A stretch of 64,000 bases of DNA from an uncultured Gemmataceae bacterium (lineage in GTDB: Bacteria > Planctomycetota > Planctomycetia > Gemmatales > Gemmataceae). The notes below the pieces were generated by a model. It was not told where the DNA came from. It did not search any database and saw only the letters and a program-made list of their open reading frames with translations. Every line of letters starts with the position of its first letter. Position 1 is the stretch's first letter. The DNA is taken from the NCBI GenBank assembly GCA_963750165.1, contig CAVVPN010000011.1, forward strand, positions 640,001 through 704,000, read 5' to 3'. This document shows, one piece after another, positions 62,198 through 64,000 of this stretch. The position numbers were made by a program, and so were the translations under genes.

Positions 62198-63358
62198 TCA
62201 CGCGGGCTTCTGCCGCCGTTCCTGGCCGGCCTCCTGGGTCTGTTCAGGCGTCCTGGCGAGCAACGGCGGCAGCGTCCAGACCGTCTTGCCGATGTCCTCA
62301 AGCCCCAGGTCGTTGTACAGGTCGGCCGTCAGCTTGATGGTACTGTGCCGCATGAGCCGCTGCACCACTTCGATGGGGTGCCGCTTGCTCATCCACGTGC
62401 AGAAGGTGTACCGGAGTGAGTGGAAGTCCGCCCAGCGGCCGCGCTCGTCCTGGCGGACGATGCCGGCATTCTTGAGGTGCTCCTTGAACGTCTGGATGTG
62501 GGGGACGGTCAGGAGGGGGGCGGCCGGGGCCATAACCCGCCACCGCGGCAGCAGGGCTTGAGCGCAGTCGGGCAGCATGGGCAGCTCACCCCCCTGGCCG
62601 TTCTTCGTGATCTCCGGCCGCACGTGCCAGCGCGGCCGGTCGCCCTCCGGCGCCGCGTCTACCCGGGTCATCTGCTCCAGTTCCTTCCGGCGGAAGCCGC
62701 TGAACACCGCGACCTCGTAGCAGCGGCGGTGCTCGTCGCCGGCGGCCGCGCACAGGCGCTGGAACTCCTCCGGGGTCAGGGCGCGGCGGATGCGGCGCCG
62801 CCCTTTCTGGCCTACCTTGACCTGCTTGATGTTGGCGATCGGGTTGGACGCCAGCCACCCCTGCTGACAGCACCAGTTGAGGAACGCCTTGAGCTTTGCC
62901 TGGTGACCGTGCTGTGTCCGGGGCGCCTTGCCCGCCTCGGCCAGGTCCGCGAGGTAGCGGCTGAAGTGGTCGGCCCGGATGTCGGCCAGGCAGGTCCAGT
63001 TGCAGGCGGTGGCGATCTTGGTGAGGATGCGGCCTGCCTCGGCGACGTGCTTGCCGTCTGCGGGGCTGCCGCGGCGGACCAGTTCGCGCTGGTGCTCAAT
63101 AATCACCTCGGCAATCGGGCGGCGGGCCTCACCCTGGATCAGTCCCAGGTGTTCGCCAGTGACCTCGGCGTACAGTGGCTGCAGGCCAGCCTTCAGGCGG
63201 GCCACGTCCTCGACCAGCTTGCGGCCCAGGGTGCGGCTGGCGGCCCCGTCCTTGAAGGCGGGGATGGTTCGGGGGCGGTCGTGCTGGTCTACGAACTCGA
63301 TCCGGTATTTCTTGCGGCCGGTGGGCTTGAAGCAGCTGAACTTGTCGCCTTTCGCCAT
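62198..63358 (-). CDS. Tyrosine recombinase/integrase of a tRNA-Ser-linked island
   Basis: SGFRRKEL, TKNG, FHSLRYTF, LMRHS, LY catalytic pattern; GGAGG RBS; convergent with the tRNA 3' end. Confidence 0.92.
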   Translation of the reverse strand: MAKGDKFSCFKPTGRKKYRIEFVDQHDRPRTIPAFKDGAASRTLGRKLVEDVARLKAGLQPLYAEVTGEHLGLIQGEARRPIAEVIIEHQRELVRRGSPADGKHVAEAGRILTKIATACNWTCLADIRADHFSRYLADLAEAGKAPRTQHGHQAKLKAFLNWCCQQGWLASNPIANIKQVKVGQKGRRRIRRALTPEEFQRLCAAAGDEHRRCYEVAVFSGFRRKELEQMTRVDAAPEGDRPRWHVRPEITKNGQGGELPMLPDCAQALLPRWRVMAPAAPLLTVPHIQTFKEHLKNAGIVRQDERGRWADFHSLRYTFCTWMSKRHPIEVVQRLMRHSTIKLTADLYNDLGLEDIGKTVWTLPPLLARTPEQTQEAGQERRQKPA

Positions 63359-64000
63359 GAATGAACCTCCTTCGCACGCCGCCGTCCGACGCGGAGTGAT
63401 GCGTCTCAAGGTGATATGCCCACTTTCCCCCTGGCGGGTTGGTCGGGCACGGTGTTCAACCCGTGGTTGTTTCGCTGATCGGCTGGATAACCGGCCCACG
63501 CTGCACAGCTTGCGCGGTCAACAAATCCAGACCTGAGTGTGGCGGGTTCCGATAGCCACGTCTTGGACCTTCCGCCAGAAGGTTAGGTAGTGGTTAGGGT
63601 TGGTTTGGTGGTCTCACCACCAAACCAACCCATTATCGGCCACCCGTGTGCGCGGGCAAGCTCAGTAGTTTTCGCCCGACGCCAGCGCAAATGACCGGGC
63701 GATCCTCGCCCTCCGCTGGCTGCAGATCGGCGTTCATGCGGAGCGATCGGTGGACACGCCCGCGACGGAGGACGAACGCCGGGCCGCCCATGTCGCGATG
63801 CACGACCCTGGCCTATTTCGACGCCCGCTGCATCCTTGAACCCACCGTGAAATCCGATACATCATCGGCATCCAGTGTGAACTTGCCACCTCCCGCCGAG
63901 GAGTAGCCCATGTCCGAGCCGCGCACGTCCCGGCCCAAAAAAGCTCCGCACAACCCGCTGCTGCAATCGACCAGCCCGGCGCTGGCGGCGGACATCCTGG

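Noticed and set aside
62198..63358. Integron integrase serving the attC sites
   Set aside because: It is tRNA-adjacent, 8 kb away, has a phage-type N-terminal arm, and no IntI-specific insertion is recognisable
63646..64000. Coding sequence at the right edge
   Set aside because: Short ORFs on both strands without motifs or a clear RBS; cannot be called without downstream sequence

Overview
High-GC bacterial chromosomal segment. The gene repertoire (Uma2, DUF1559, DUF4058, DUF1573, HEAT/LRR proteins, ECF sigma + Ser/Thr kinase) points to a Planctomycetota (Gemmataceae-like) genome; that assignment is an inference. Housekeeping genes (accBC, M24 peptidase, thiolase, TIGR03960-type radical SAM, purB, trmL, ftsK, phosphosugar mutase, tRNA-Leu(TAG), tRNA-Ser(GCT)) alternate with accessory patches. 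The most notable observations are these. (1) A eukaryote-like WGR-regulatory-catalytic PARP, whose catalytic domain recalls PARP4/vault PARP, lies directly upstream of a macrodomain gene. (2) Two separate loci carry toxin-antitoxin/defence cassettes stacked behind a housekeeping gene and separated by progressively decayed copies of that gene's own 3' end, with no adjacent integrase. (3) Two integron attC sites without an integrase delimit cassettes that appear related to modified DNA. (4) An LRR gene is built from shuffled 72-bp modules. (5) There are several families of palindromic or MITE-like repeats, an intact IS5-family element, and an integrase island starting at tRNA-Ser. About nine genes carry single frameshifts, many probably assembly indel errors. 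All product calls come from recalled motifs, not database searches.
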